From an uncultured virus (IMG/VR IMGVR_UViG_3300047510_001499) (taxonomy: Duplodnaviria > Heunggongvirae > Uroviricota > Caudoviricetes), in IMG/VR virus record IMGVR_UViG_3300047510_001499: a DNA stretch of 64,000 nt, one strand, 5' to 3'. The stretch's first letter is position 1, and every line of letters begins with the position of its first letter. The notes under the pieces are model-generated. The model did not search any database. It was not told where the DNA came from and was given only the letters and a program-made list of their open reading frames with translations. The position numbers and the translations under genes are program-made. Below are positions 9,685-19,119 of this stretch, piece by piece.

Positions 9685-9696
9685 CACCAAAGAGAA

Positions 9697-9978
9697 ATGA
9701 TTAATCTTACAGACAATAAAAAGATTACGGTTAATGCTAAACCACAAGTGGTTATTCAATCTACCGTGCGAATTCACGGACTTGGAACTTTGCCCGTAGA
9801 AATTATTGGTGACTTTACCAATATACCGGAACAGTACCACGAACTCTTTATACAGGGGATGCTGGTAGCATACAATCAAGAACCTAAAACACCTATTGAA
9901 AAAGATGATAGGTCGTTTTTAAGATGGCTTTTTGACAGTATAACCTTTAACACCAAATTATGGAAACTAAAGAAATAG
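9697..9978 (+). CDS. hypothetical protein
   Basis: Starts in the junction repeat ATG. Confidence 0.65.
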   Translation: MINLTDNKKITVNAKPQVVIQSTVRIHGLGTLPVEIIGDFTNIPEQYHELFIQGMLVAYNQEPKTPIEKDDRSFLRWLFDSITFNTKLWKLKK

Positions 9979-10169
9979 TAGAATTGATGTTGAAATCATC
10001 AGACCATAACCCATACACAGGGATGTTATCAAAAAAAGACAATTTAATCGCAGCGATTGAGTTAGCAAAACTATGTAAGGATTTTGCAGATAAAGGACAT
10101 ACAGATGAAGCTATGGGCATTCCATCAGAACAATGGGATGAGGTTATTGACGAGCTAAGCAACCTTTAA
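9960..10169 (+). CDS. hypothetical protein
   Basis: Starts at the end of a junction repeat. Confidence 0.65.
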   Translation: METKEIVELMLKSSDHNPYTGMLSKKDNLIAAIELAKLCKDFADKGHTDEAMGIPSEQWDEVIDELSNL

Positions 10170-10181
10170 CACCATAGAGAA

Positions 10182-10451
10182 ATGAGAACAATCTTAATTG
10201 ATGAATTGGTAAAAGACAAATCAGTATCAGAACAGGTATTAGTAGTGACTGAAGGTGAAATGTTTGAGGGGTGGCAAATTGCTAAACCACTTAATTACGA
10301 TAAGAAGTACACCACGCTTAAAGACCGATTTGTAATGGCAAAAAAAGTATTATTTGGAAAAGCAATAGCAGTCCAATTTTTTACAGACCTGACCGAAGAT
10401 GAGAAAATTTCTTATGTAAAAACAAAATTAACTAACGCCAAAGAGAAATGA
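10182..10451 (+). CDS. hypothetical protein
   Basis: Flanked by junction repeats. Confidence 0.7.
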   Translation: MRTILIDELVKDKSVSEQVLVVTEGEMFEGWQIAKPLNYDKKYTTLKDRFVMAKKVLFGKAIAVQFFTDLTEDEKISYVKTKLTNAKEK

Positions 10452-10675
10452 AACAGAGCAGTATTGAATGGATTTACAACAACCTTAAATCTCATTTTGA
10501 ACACGATGGTGATTTACTTGAGGCTGTTAAAATGAGCTTTGAACAAGCCAAAGCAATGCACAAGGATGAGATTGAGAATGCAGTTAAACAAGGTTGGGAT
10601 TACAATGAAGAAGGTCTTGTGCAATGGATGGGCGAAAAGTATTACAACGAAACCTTTAACGATAACGAGAAATGA
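10448..10675 (+). CDS. hypothetical phage protein (MKQ..IEW...FEQAKAMHK...YYNETF type)
   Basis: Flanked by junction repeats. Confidence 0.7.
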   Translation: MKQSSIEWIYNNLKSHFEHDGDLLEAVKMSFEQAKAMHKDEIENAVKQGWDYNEEGLVQWMGEKYYNETFNDNEK

Positions 10676-10775
10676 AAGAACAAAATGTGCCGCTACTTAT
10701 CTTTCTCAAAAAGAAACTCCAATCTATTTTTGGAACAAGCTCTTGGTGGTGGTTTAACTGGTAAATAAAAAAGAA

Positions 10776-10961
10776 ATGAAAAGACTAATCACCGCTCTGA
10801 CACTTATTGTAAGTACATCCGCTTGTACCCAATACAATGAAACATCTGAACCAATTGGGGTTGATACCAATACCGTAGAATTTTTAGATTCAAGTACATT
10901 GGAAGGTAACTTTGATGATGACTCGTTTGGTGAAGATACCACCTTATTTAAAAGCAAATAA
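10776..10961 (+). CDS. small acidic lipoprotein
   Basis: MKRLITALTLIVSTSA-C lipobox-like. Confidence 0.55.
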   Translation: MKRLITALTLIVSTSACTQYNETSEPIGVDTNTVEFLDSSTLEGNFDDDSFGEDTTLFKSK

Positions 10962-10962
10962 A

Positions 10963-11265
10963 ATGAACAAATTTGATATTAAAAAACTAAACGCTCTGAT
11001 TGAGGTTGCGAAGTCGGATGGGATGTCCTACCGAATGTTTAAACTTAATGGTGTTTTCTATACTGTATCATATGTAGTAGACCAAACTCAACCTCAAGGT
11101 AAAGAGCGGGCTATCTTTATAAAGACTCGTAAGGGTACATCGGAAGGACTAAATAAGTTTTATCTAAATCATACCTATGATTCTTCTTGGGATTCTATCT
11201 TTAAGGAGATGTATGATATCTACTTTAAAGAATATCAATCACGGCGTAATAACGATTTTCAATGA
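10963..11265 (+). CDS. hypothetical protein
   Basis: ORF track, start adjusted. Confidence 0.6.
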   Translation: MNKFDIKKLNALIEVAKSDGMSYRMFKLNGVFYTVSYVVDQTQPQGKERAIFIKTRKGTSEGLNKFYLNHTYDSSWDSIFKEMYDIYFKEYQSRRNNDFQ

Positions 11266-11338
11266 AAATTTTTTTAATATCACTTATAGTTATCACCATC
11301 GGATTCGTGGTATGGGTAATCAAGAAAATGGATGACCT

Positions 11339-11794
11339 ATGAATTGGACTGAATATTTTAGGGGGATTGCACACCAAGTAAAATTAAAGTCAAAAGACAT
11401 CCGAACTCAAATCGGTGCGGTGGTGGTTGGTAAGGACAACGAAATCCTATCCACGGGCTACAATTCATTTCCACGAGGGATTAACGATGAGTTGGATTGG
11501 AGACAGGAACGACCCGAGAAATATTATTGGTTTGAGCACGCAGAACGCAACGCAATCTACAACGCAGCACGAATTGGTGTATCGCTAAAAGATTCTACTA
11601 TGTATCTTACTTGTGGTATATCGTGTTCGGATTGTACTCGTGGAATCATCAATTCAGGAATCAAAAGGGTTTACCTTGAAAAGGGTGGTGGTGCTCAAGG
11701 AGTGTTGTGGGATGAACACGAAAAGAGGTCAGTTGAAATGTTTAAAGAAGCCGGAGTGGAGATTGTATTTTACGATGAGATTTGTAAAAAGTAA
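11339..11794 (+). CDS. dCMP deaminase
   Basis: KSKD..TQIGAVVV, STGYN, HAERNAI, CSDC zinc motif. Confidence 0.92.
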   Translation: MNWTEYFRGIAHQVKLKSKDIRTQIGAVVVGKDNEILSTGYNSFPRGINDELDWRQERPEKYYWFEHAERNAIYNAARIGVSLKDSTMYLTCGISCSDCTRGIINSGIKRVYLEKGGGAQGVLWDEHEKRSVEMFKEAGVEIVFYDEICKK

Positions 11795-11845
11795 ATACTA
11801 TTTATTAGGGTAGATATTTACAAACAATTTTTAAAAAGGAAACAT

Positions 11846-12445
11846 ATGGCAATTTCAGACCAATTTAAGGGACTTCCAATTGAAGACCTTATCGTGCAAC
11901 CATTAGTTGGAATGGCCAAAGGTCAAGCCCAACTAAATGATGTTACTTGGAGATACATCTCTGAAGTAGCATTTGAAAAAGATGAGAAAACTGGTAAGTC
12001 TTCAACAAGATTTCTTGATGTTCAGTTAAATCGTTATGTAACTAATCCTGATTCAGGAGAACAAGAGTTACAACAAATCAACTCAATGGTTCCGATGTTA
12101 CCATTAGTACCACTACCAGCATTAGCTATCACATCTGCTGATGTTGAGTTCACTATGGAGATTCAACAATCTTCTACTGAAAAAGACACATCAAGTTCAG
12201 AAGCATCTTTTGCTGCATCTGCTCAAGGTGGTTTCTGGGGTATGAAATACAAGGCGTCTATGTCTGGTAAAGTTGCAACCTCAAGAGAAAATACTCGTTC
12301 AACTGACAATTCTGCGAAATACAATGTAAAAGTACACGCTGAACAATTACCTGCTACTGAAGGTATGTTGAAATTGTCTGATATGTTGAATATGATGATG
12401 GAACCAAGCATTGTTGCACAAGCGGACAATAACAACGCTAACTAA
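11846..12445 (+). CDS. DUF2589-family protein A
   Basis: QFKGLPIEDLIVQPL..MAKGQAQL, VPMLPLVPLPALAITSADVEFTMEI, NTRSTDNSAKYNVKVHAEQ..PATEGMLKLSDML. Confidence 0.8.
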   Translation: MAISDQFKGLPIEDLIVQPLVGMAKGQAQLNDVTWRYISEVAFEKDEKTGKSSTRFLDVQLNRYVTNPDSGEQELQQINSMVPMLPLVPLPALAITSADVEFTMEIQQSSTEKDTSSSEASFAASAQGGFWGMKYKASMSGKVATSRENTRSTDNSAKYNVKVHAEQLPATEGMLKLSDMLNMMMEPSIVAQADNNNAN

Positions 12446-12448
12446 TAA

Positions 12449-12480
12449 TTTGGATATATAAAATATTTTTTGTATATTTG
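12449..12480 (+). promoter_or_regulatory. Bacteroidota-type promoter between the DUF2589 genes
   Basis: TTTG 12449; TATATTTG 12473. Confidence 0.7.
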
Positions 12481-12501
12481 TTTATTAAAAAGTTACGCTA
12501 A

Positions 12502-12993
12502 ATGGCAAAAGTCAATTTAGAGGAACTATTGGGTGGTCTCCAAGAGGCCGCCCAAGTAGTTCTCTCAATACAAGAACGACAACACATCAATACGTTGTCA
12601 AAGTATTTTGATGAGGATGGAACTCCCATCACCCAAATTTTTAAAATTGGCGATTCGGAAGTGGCAGTTCCACTTTATATCCTAGCAGACCATTCTTCAG
12701 TAGGATTAGATGAATTAGACATTGAATTTCAAGCAAGATTATTGCCGGGTGGAGAAACTCCATCAGAACTCAAAAAAAACTTATTACCTATTTTTGAAAG
12801 ACAAAAACAAAAAGGTAATGCGCAATATAAACATCAGATTTCAAACATATCCGTTGATGGTGATACTCCCAACAAAGATGGTGTAGCAACTATTAAAATT
12901 AAATTTAAAAAAGATAACAAGCCCGAAGCGGTATCACGCTTGGTAGATATGTTGATTAATCAAATGAATGACCCAAATCACAAATTGAAATGA
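12502..12993 (+). CDS. DUF2589-family protein B
   Basis: LEELLGGLQEAA..Q, KYFDEDGTP, VPLYILADHSSVGLDELDIEF, IKIKFK..KPEAVSRLVD. Confidence 0.7.
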   Translation: MAKVNLEELLGGLQEAAQVVLSIQERQHINTLSKYFDEDGTPITQIFKIGDSEVAVPLYILADHSSVGLDELDIEFQARLLPGGETPSELKKNLLPIFERQKQKGNAQYKHQISNISVDGDTPNKDGVATIKIKFKKDNKPEAVSRLVDMLINQMNDPNHKLK

Positions 12994-13265
12994 TACCTGA
13001 ATTAGAATTACCAAATTCAAAAAAGAAAAAAGAAGAACCACAAAAAATGAAAAACATTTCACCAGACCAACATAGAAAAAGGTTAGGTATTTTCATAACC
13101 TCTATTTTTGCATTCACTTTAGGATTTATTTTCTTTGAGTTACAACAAGAACAAAAGCTTGATGGTGAGTGGAAAGAACTAATTCTTGTTTTAATTGGCG
13201 CCCTTATTGGTAATTTTGGAAAAGTGGTTGATTTTTGGTTTCATCACAAACAAGACCAAGAATAA
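12990..13265 (+). CDS. small two-TM membrane protein
   Basis: Two hydrophobic segments; LIGALIGNFGKVVDFWF. Confidence 0.65.
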   Translation: MIPELELPNSKKKKEEPQKMKNISPDQHRKRLGIFITSIFAFTLGFIFFELQQEQKLDGEWKELILVLIGALIGNFGKVVDFWFHHKQDQE

Positions 13266-13477
13266 TGCCGCTACCTTGTCCAGGATGTAGACAACCCCTT
13301 GGAATGGACCTTGACTTTATTGTAAAAAATCCTATATCAGTATGTCCACATTGTGGGGTGATTATGAATTTTACTGCTGATAATAACGTAGTAGCTGATT
13401 ATAGAAGAGCATTGTCTGATATTGAATCTATCAAAACAAAGTACAAAGACATAGCTAAATTTGGTGCAAAAACTTAA
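13265..13477 (+). CDS. zinc-ribbon protein
   Basis: CPGC...CPHC; ATG overlaps the upstream TAA. Confidence 0.75.
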   Translation: MPLPCPGCRQPLGMDLDFIVKNPISVCPHCGVIMNFTADNNVVADYRRALSDIESIKTKYKDIAKFGAKT

Positions 13478-13529
13478 CAATTTCTTAACATTGAGGGCTT
13501 GACACAAGTCCTCTTTTTTATTATCTTTA
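13474..13529 (+). promoter_or_regulatory. TTAACA box plus promoter overlapping a terminator hairpin
   Basis: TTAACAATTTCTTAACATT; GAGGGCTTG-ACA-CAAGTCCTC-T6; TATCTTTA 13522. Confidence 0.8.
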
Positions 13530-13543
13530 CTATGTAATAAGAA

Positions 13544-13795
13544 ATGAGTGTTATGAGAAAGTTACTAAAAATCCAAAAGTCTAACAAGGTCATCAACGGA
13601 ATGAATTGTTTTGAACTCCTTGAGGCGGGAAAAGTTGTGGGGACTTTTGTCTCTGAAGAAAAAGCCAGAATCGCCTTGGGTAAGCGTAGGTTCTACAACC
13701 ACGGTGAAAAATCCGCAGCAATAGGTGGGTTTGCTCCTGATGTGTTGATGATGCACAAAATTATGGGCGGTTTTTCTGAAATTGATGGAATCTAA
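13544..13795 (+). CDS. hypothetical protein
   Basis: First ORF after promoter. Confidence 0.65.
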   Translation: MSVMRKLLKIQKSNKVINGMNCFELLEAGKVVGTFVSEEKARIALGKRRFYNHGEKSAAIGGFAPDVLMMHKIMGGFSEIDGI

Positions 13796-13809
13796 TAAAT
13801 AAAAAAGTT

Positions 13810-14028
13810 ATGACCGAAAAAGAAATACTAATTGAGTTGCTTAAGTTTAATGAACTACAACTCAAATTGCTAGCAGAGCAAATCAACGATACGGATGTTA
13901 TAATAAGTGAAAACACTGTTGATTTCCTTAATCGGATTTCTTTGTTAGCTTCCAACATTTCAGAAGAATTGATGGAAGTACATAAAGTAAGTAATGATGA
14001 GTTAATTGAAATATTAGAAAAGTTATGA
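13810..14028 (+). CDS. hypothetical protein
   Basis: AAAAGTTATG start context. Confidence 0.65.
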   Translation: MTEKEILIELLKFNELQLKLLAEQINDTDVIISENTVDFLNRISLLASNISEELMEVHKVSNDELIEILEKL

Positions 14029-14330
14029 AAAAAGTTATTAGAGATGGTATGGTAGGTGTATTGGTATCACCTGGTTTTGGTGGTGGGTTCTCAACTTGGG
14101 GTTACCCAACTGAAGCAATCTTTGACCCACACCTAATTTATTTGGTAGAAACCCGAAAGGAAGATGAGATACTTGAATACTGCGAAACCAAGTGGCCAGA
14201 CCAATACTCTGGTGGTGTTGAAGATTTGGTAGTACGATGGATACCTGAAGGTTCGGAGTTTGTTATTGAAGAATACGATGGGGCTGAATCGTTGATGTTG
14301 AAAGAAGAGTATAATTGGATAACCGCATAA
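14025..14330 (+). CDS. conserved-looking phage hypothetical protein (SPGFGGGFSTW...EEYDGAE)
   Basis: ORF with overlapping start. Confidence 0.75.
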   Translation: MKKVIRDGMVGVLVSPGFGGGFSTWGYPTEAIFDPHLIYLVETRKEDEILEYCETKWPDQYSGGVEDLVVRWIPEGSEFVIEEYDGAESLMLKEEYNWITA

Positions 14331-14334
14331 AGTT

Positions 14335-14658
14335 ATGAAAAATTTTATTAATAAGAAAGTATTAGTTACTACACAAGGTTGGTTCTATGGTAAGGATGGA
14401 AGGTCATATAAGGGGGTTCACGGAACCCTAAAGGCCATTCACGAAGCTGGTAAAACACTTGGGTTTATACCTAACCGAGCACACGCTAACTGGTTTATAG
14501 AAATAGGTGAAATGGTAATTATGGGATGTCAAGTAATGTATATTGTTGAATGTGAAACCATACATACTGGTAATGTTACCGATTGGACAACCGAAGGTCA
14601 AAGTGAAACTGGTATAAAGGAATATGAACGCCCAACAGCTATTTATATGGTATCCTAA
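14335..14658 (+). CDS. hypothetical protein
   Basis: ORF track. Confidence 0.7.
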   Translation: MKNFINKKVLVTTQGWFYGKDGRSYKGVHGTLKAIHEAGKTLGFIPNRAHANWFIEIGEMVIMGCQVMYIVECETIHTGNVTDWTTEGQSETGIKEYERPTAIYMVS

Positions 14659-14690
14659 AAATTACAACCAACCAACACAAATAAAAAGTT

Positions 14691-15317
14691 ATGAACAAGA
14701 ATAGTAAATTTTTTACTCCTCCTCCTAAACCAACTCTTAAAGAGAGATTGGAGGATTTGAAGTACACCATCCTATTTTGGAAAGGTCGTAAGATGAAGTA
14801 TATCACCACTCGTAATTTGGAATGGAGTGATATTCGTTATATCTTCTTTCCATCCAAATTGGACAAGTATGGATACCTAAACATCACATTCTATAAGGAT
14901 AATGAATTTACTAAAGCACTTATGCCGCTGGTATTAGCAATGGATTACGAAGCAAAACCTTGGTGGTGTCCTCGTTGGTTCCTACGATTCCTTCACGTTT
15001 TCGGAAACGATAAATCATTGGTTAGGGTTCGTAATCGTAGACTACACAACCTACACCGAAAACTTACCAAAGGTATCTTATTTTGGGATTGGAAAACAAA
15101 GTGGTATGACTATGATTTGAGAATCTCCATTTCAGGTCCCGCACACTTACACAATCTAGCAAGTTGGATTGAGAATGGATTTTACAAAAAAGGATATCAG
15201 AACGAACTGATTCAAAAAATCAAAAAGATTGACCCCAACGCTAGTACAAATATTATTAGTATAGACTATTTAGAGAAACAATTAAAGGAGTTAGAAAATG
15301 GTAAAGCGGAAGAGTAA
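14691..15317 (+). CDS. hypothetical protein
   Basis: ORF track. Confidence 0.7.
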   Translation: MNKNSKFFTPPPKPTLKERLEDLKYTILFWKGRKMKYITTRNLEWSDIRYIFFPSKLDKYGYLNITFYKDNEFTKALMPLVLAMDYEAKPWWCPRWFLRFLHVFGNDKSLVRVRNRRLHNLHRKLTKGILFWDWKTKWYDYDLRISISGPAHLHNLASWIENGFYKKGYQNELIQKIKKIDPNASTNIISIDYLEKQLKELENGKAEE

Positions 15318-15585
15318 ACAAGAAAAGCACGCAGAGTTTATGCAAGATGTAATCAACAAAATGTTTGAGATTGCAGGACACGAAGTAACTTACGATGACA
15401 TCAAAGATAGAAAAGATGATTGGTTCACTCAATGGACTATGACTGAAGCTCAGAATGATGAGTGGCAAGAATGGGGTATTGAAGAAATCCGTAAACGATT
15501 CCGATACAATAAGGAATGGGCTAAAAAAGAAATGGGTATGATTTCCCTAATGTGGGGATTAAAATTTAGTGATTTTAAAATCTAA
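15298..15585 (+). CDS. hypothetical protein
   Basis: ORF track. Confidence 0.7.
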   Translation: MVKRKSKQEKHAEFMQDVINKMFEIAGHEVTYDDIKDRKDDWFTQWTMTEAQNDEWQEWGIEEIRKRFRYNKEWAKKEMGMISLMWGLKFSDFKI

Positions 15586-15665
15586 TAAAATGGTATTTGG
15601 TATTATAGTTGTAGTCTTATTATGGGCTATCCTAAAACAACTACAACGAAACGAAAAACGCTGAT

Positions 15666-16421
15666 ATGAAAACTTTATTATTGGGAGATACCCACGGAAG
15701 AACTTATTGGAAAGACATCATCAAAAAAGAAACACCTGATAGGGTTATTTTTATTGGTGATTACTTTGACTCATTCAATATTCCTGCGGTATCCCAAATC
15801 CAAAACTTTAAGGATATTATTGAATTCAAAGAAAATACTGACATTGAGGTAGTAATGTTGATTGGAAACCACGACCATCACTATTTGAGTGATGAAACTT
15901 ATAGTGGATTTCAACCCGCAGCAAAATGGGATATCAACGACCTACTTACTAAAAATATGAATCACCTTCAAGTTGGATATTCATTTGATGATATCTTATG
16001 TACTCACGCTGGGGTAAGTCCTGTTTGGATGGATGATATGTTTGGCTGGAATGGTTGGAGTTCAGATAATTTAGTCCAACTAATCAACGACCTATACAAA
16101 TACAAACCACGAAGCTTTAACTTTTCTCATATGGGATACGACCCATATGGAAACCATCCATCACAAGGACCTATGTGGATTAGACCGGCTGCGTTGATGA
16201 AATCAAACAAAGGTGACAATGGATTAAAGAAAAAGTTTATTCAAGTGGTTGGTCACACCCAAGTGAATAGTATCTTTGATTCAGTCACCGCATACGAAAA
16301 ATCAATGGGTAGTAGATACTTACTGATTGACGCATTGGACAGTGGTGGATATGTATATCACATTGATGGAAAATTCTATCCAGATGTAATACCCTTGGTA
16401 GAAAAAAATAATAAAATTTGA
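15666..16421 (+). CDS. calcineurin-like metallophosphoesterase
   Basis: GDTHG, GDYFD, GNHD, THAG, GHT motifs. Confidence 0.92.
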   Translation: MKTLLLGDTHGRTYWKDIIKKETPDRVIFIGDYFDSFNIPAVSQIQNFKDIIEFKENTDIEVVMLIGNHDHHYLSDETYSGFQPAAKWDINDLLTKNMNHLQVGYSFDDILCTHAGVSPVWMDDMFGWNGWSSDNLVQLINDLYKYKPRSFNFSHMGYDPYGNHPSQGPMWIRPAALMKSNKGDNGLKKKFIQVVGHTQVNSIFDSVTAYEKSMGSRYLLIDALDSGGYVYHIDGKFYPDVIPLVEKNNKI

Positions 16422-16465
16422 TATGAAGGCTTGTTTTAATGAAAAAAAATTCGTATATTAGAACT

Positions 16466-16624
16466 ATGAAAATTAAACACATCCAATTTGAGCGATTCAA
16501 CCAATGGGGTCAAATGTACCCTCTACCTACAATTCGTGTTACCCACACACTAAAATTGTACGGATGGTACACCATTGAGTTTATTTGGTTTAATAGGGGA
16601 TTATCTATAAATATTTTTGTATAA
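16466..16624 (+). CDS. small hypothetical protein
   Basis: ATG 4 nt after TATATTAG. Confidence 0.55.
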   Translation: MKIKHIQFERFNQWGQMYPLPTIRVTHTLKLYGWYTIEFIWFNRGLSINIFV

Positions 16625-16627
16625 GCT

Positions 16628-16792
16628 ATGGAAGAAATCAAAGAAATGCTAATGAAAATCTCCGACCAATTAGAACGGATGGTTGGAGTATTGGAACGTG
16701 CTGAAGAAAAGACAAACAAACCTACCAAGTGGGTTAAAGTTAAAGATGTTCCAAAAGAATTGTTAACTGACGCAGGAAGAGACCCACGATGA
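16628..16792 (+). CDS. small hypothetical protein
   Basis: Read by hand: MEEIKEMLMKISDQLE...DPR*. Confidence 0.55.
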   Translation: MEEIKEMLMKISDQLERMVGVLERAEEKTNKPTKWVKVKDVPKELLTDAGRDPR

Positions 16793-16977
16793 AAACGCCA
16801 AAATACAAAATCCTAAAATATCAAGAAACCCAAAGTGGTACGATAGTAGGACATTATGTAAATGATTCCGAAGGAATTGCAGTAGAATGGTCTAATAAGG
16901 AAGATGCAGAGAGAGTTGCAGAACTATTCCAAACAAATTCCGTTCACGGATACCTTTATAGGGTTATGGAAATCTGA
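16789..16977 (+). CDS. hypothetical protein
   Basis: ATGA overlap. Confidence 0.65.
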   Translation: MKTPKYKILKYQETQSGTIVGHYVNDSEGIAVEWSNKEDAERVAELFQTNSVHGYLYRVMEI

Positions 16978-17013
16978 ATGGTTAGCACCTGCTGACATTT
17001 AAAAAAATTGATT

Positions 17014-17274
17014 ATGAATAAAATCTCCGAATCCCACCTCCGCTCATTAGGTTTTCAGAAAGAAGTAGTTCCTATTGATGAAAGTGGTTATGAAAAAGAC
17101 TTTTACTACTATTCAGTAGATATAAACCATCTTACTCTGATTACTGAAGCAGATGATGAAATCGTAGACAATCAATGGTCAGTCAGTATTATGGAAAGTG
17201 GATTAGAAAAAATCTACGACTTGGATGATTTGACACGATTGTTACATCTACTAAAAAAATACGAAGTAAAATGA
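17014..17274 (+). CDS. hypothetical protein
   Basis: ORF track. Confidence 0.65.
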   Translation: MNKISESHLRSLGFQKEVVPIDESGYEKDFYYYSVDINHLTLITEADDEIVDNQWSVSIMESGLEKIYDLDDLTRLLHLLKKYEVK

Positions 17275-17519
17275 TATTTGTAGATGGATACGATTCTGCA
17301 ATCCTTGGAATGGATACGGAATACCAAAGAGTTGTATACTCTAAATCAAAAATGGTTGATGTTTTAATTGGGGATGGGTTATCTGAATCCGATGCATTAG
17401 AATGGTTAGAATACAACGTATGGAATACTTATGTAGGAGAACATACGCCAATCTTTTTACACGAGTTGACAAAAGAAGATATCCAAGAATGGGTTGATAG
17501 AGATGAAGAAATTCTTTAA
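17271..17519 (+). CDS. conserved-looking phage hypothetical protein (DGYDSAILG...YVGEHTPIF)
   Basis: ATGA overlap. Confidence 0.75.
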   Translation: MIFVDGYDSAILGMDTEYQRVVYSKSKMVDVLIGDGLSESDALEWLEYNVWNTYVGEHTPIFLHELTKEDIQEWVDRDEEIL

Positions 17520-17691
17520 GTACCTTATGTGGTTGGAAGGAGAACGAATCAAGATTATGATTCATTGTGGTAGACCAACCTCTATCTAACCCCCTCCAAG
17601 CTATCAAGCGATAAAGCAGACAGGCACCACGGGCAAACGGGCGGAATGGCAAATTCCTTTACACACCAAAAAATTTTTAAAGTTATACACG

Positions 17692-18603
17692 ATGATTACA
17701 AACGGAATTTCGGGACCTTCAACGAAAGCAATCACATACAAAGAGAAGAGTGTTTTAGAAAAAGAGTTGGATTTTATCAAAACCCAATATGGGGAGTTTA
17801 TTTATGATATTCCCCTACCTGAAGGTATTTGGACAAATGGGGCGTTAGACATCCCCCATACACGATTGAAGCGAATCTTACAAGTGGTGTCTGATTTATC
17901 TAAAAAACCTCTGAACAAAATTCGTGTTTTGGATTTGGGTTCTTTAGATGGTCAATTCTCTTTAGAGTTTGCGTATCACCAATCCGATGTCGTTGGGGTT
18001 GAAGTCCGACACGCAAATGTAATGAAGTCTGAATTTTGTAAACGAACTTTGGAACTTCGTAATGTAACTTTCTTGGAAGAAGACGCAAGAAGTATTTCTT
18101 TGGAACAACACGGAAGGTTTGATGTTATTATTTGTAGTGGGTTATTGTATCACTTAACCGCAACTGACGCAATTGAGTTGATAAAGAAAATGTATCAGAT
18201 GACCGAAAACCTATTGGTGTTGGATACACATATTAGTCTACAACCCCAATTAGAATTTCCATATGAGGGAAGTTCATACTTTGGTAATCTACACAAAGAA
18301 CACGGAGAAGATGAATCACAAGATATCAAGGAAACGCGAATTCTTGCGTCTTGGGACAACCCACATAGTTTTTGGTTTACACGACCCTCGTTAGTAAACA
18401 TTCTAAACAAAACAGGGTTTACATCCATCTACGAAGCGTTCACGCCCGCACATAAAAATTACGGAAATGATGGGTTTGAACACGAAGACCGATGTACATT
18501 TGTAGCTGTAAAAGGTAATGAACAACACCTATTTACATCACCATCCGCAAATAATACGAATGAATTTTTTGATGAATCACAACTACAATATAAACTTAAA
18601 TGA
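17692..18603 (+). CDS. class I SAM-dependent methyltransferase
   Basis: VLDLGSLDG motif I, VVGVE, FDVIICSGLLYHL. Confidence 0.88.
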   Translation: MITNGISGPSTKAITYKEKSVLEKELDFIKTQYGEFIYDIPLPEGIWTNGALDIPHTRLKRILQVVSDLSKKPLNKIRVLDLGSLDGQFSLEFAYHQSDVVGVEVRHANVMKSEFCKRTLELRNVTFLEEDARSISLEQHGRFDVIICSGLLYHLTATDAIELIKKMYQMTENLLVLDTHISLQPQLEFPYEGSSYFGNLHKEHGEDESQDIKETRILASWDNPHSFWFTRPSLVNILNKTGFTSIYEAFTPAHKNYGNDGFEHEDRCTFVAVKGNEQHLFTSPSANNTNEFFDESQLQYKLK

Positions 18604-18941
18604 AACCTCTATTTGAATTAGGCGATTATGTAGTTCCCATCGGAACAAAAAGTGTAAAAACTATTCACGAAATTGAGTTCTATAAAGAGTTTAAAGACTA
18701 TGTATATTATACAACCGATGGTCTATCATTTGGTGGAAATCAGTTGGAACCAATGGAACTCGTTTATGAAAGGGAATACAAAATGACCTGTGAAGCTCAG
18801 ATTGAAGAAATCTTAATGGAATCACATTCATATGGATTAAGACAAGAAGTTATGGAAACTGCAAAAGAGCTTATGAGTAGTGACCATAAAATTGATAGGT
18901 TAACTGCATACGAACTTGCGTATCGGGAATGGATTAAATAA
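18600..18941 (+). CDS. hypothetical protein
   Basis: ATGA overlap. Confidence 0.65.
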   Translation: MKPLFELGDYVVPIGTKSVKTIHEIEFYKEFKDYVYYTTDGLSFGGNQLEPMELVYEREYKMTCEAQIEEILMESHSYGLRQEVMETAKELMSSDHKIDRLTAYELAYREWIK

Positions 18942-18948
18942 TTTATTT

Positions 18949-19119
18949 ATGTATTGTTTTTATTATATCAAGAACGACCAAAAAAAAGAACCACTTGGAA
19001 AGGTGGTATCTACATCAAGACTCAAAGCAGCACAATCATTTGCTGAAAGAAAACAACTACCACTAAAAGACTTTTTAAAATTATTTTCGGTAGAAAAGAA
19101 AAACCCATTTTTGTTATGA
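18949..19119 (+). CDS. small hypothetical protein
   Basis: ORF track, start adjusted. Confidence 0.6.
   Translation: MYCFYYIKNDQKKEPLGKVVSTSRLKAAQSFAERKQLPLKDFLKLFSVEKKNPFLL

Larger units (their letters stand above)
9677..10675 (+). repeat. dispersed ~24-bp gene-junction repeat ACCTTTAACACCAAAGAGAAATGA (5 copies)
   Basis: Copies at 9677, 9943, 10162, 10433 (partial) and 10652. Confidence 0.85.

Noticed and set aside
9677..10675. CRISPR array
   Set aside because: Repeats are 200-270 bp apart, separated by whole ORFs; no cas genes seen
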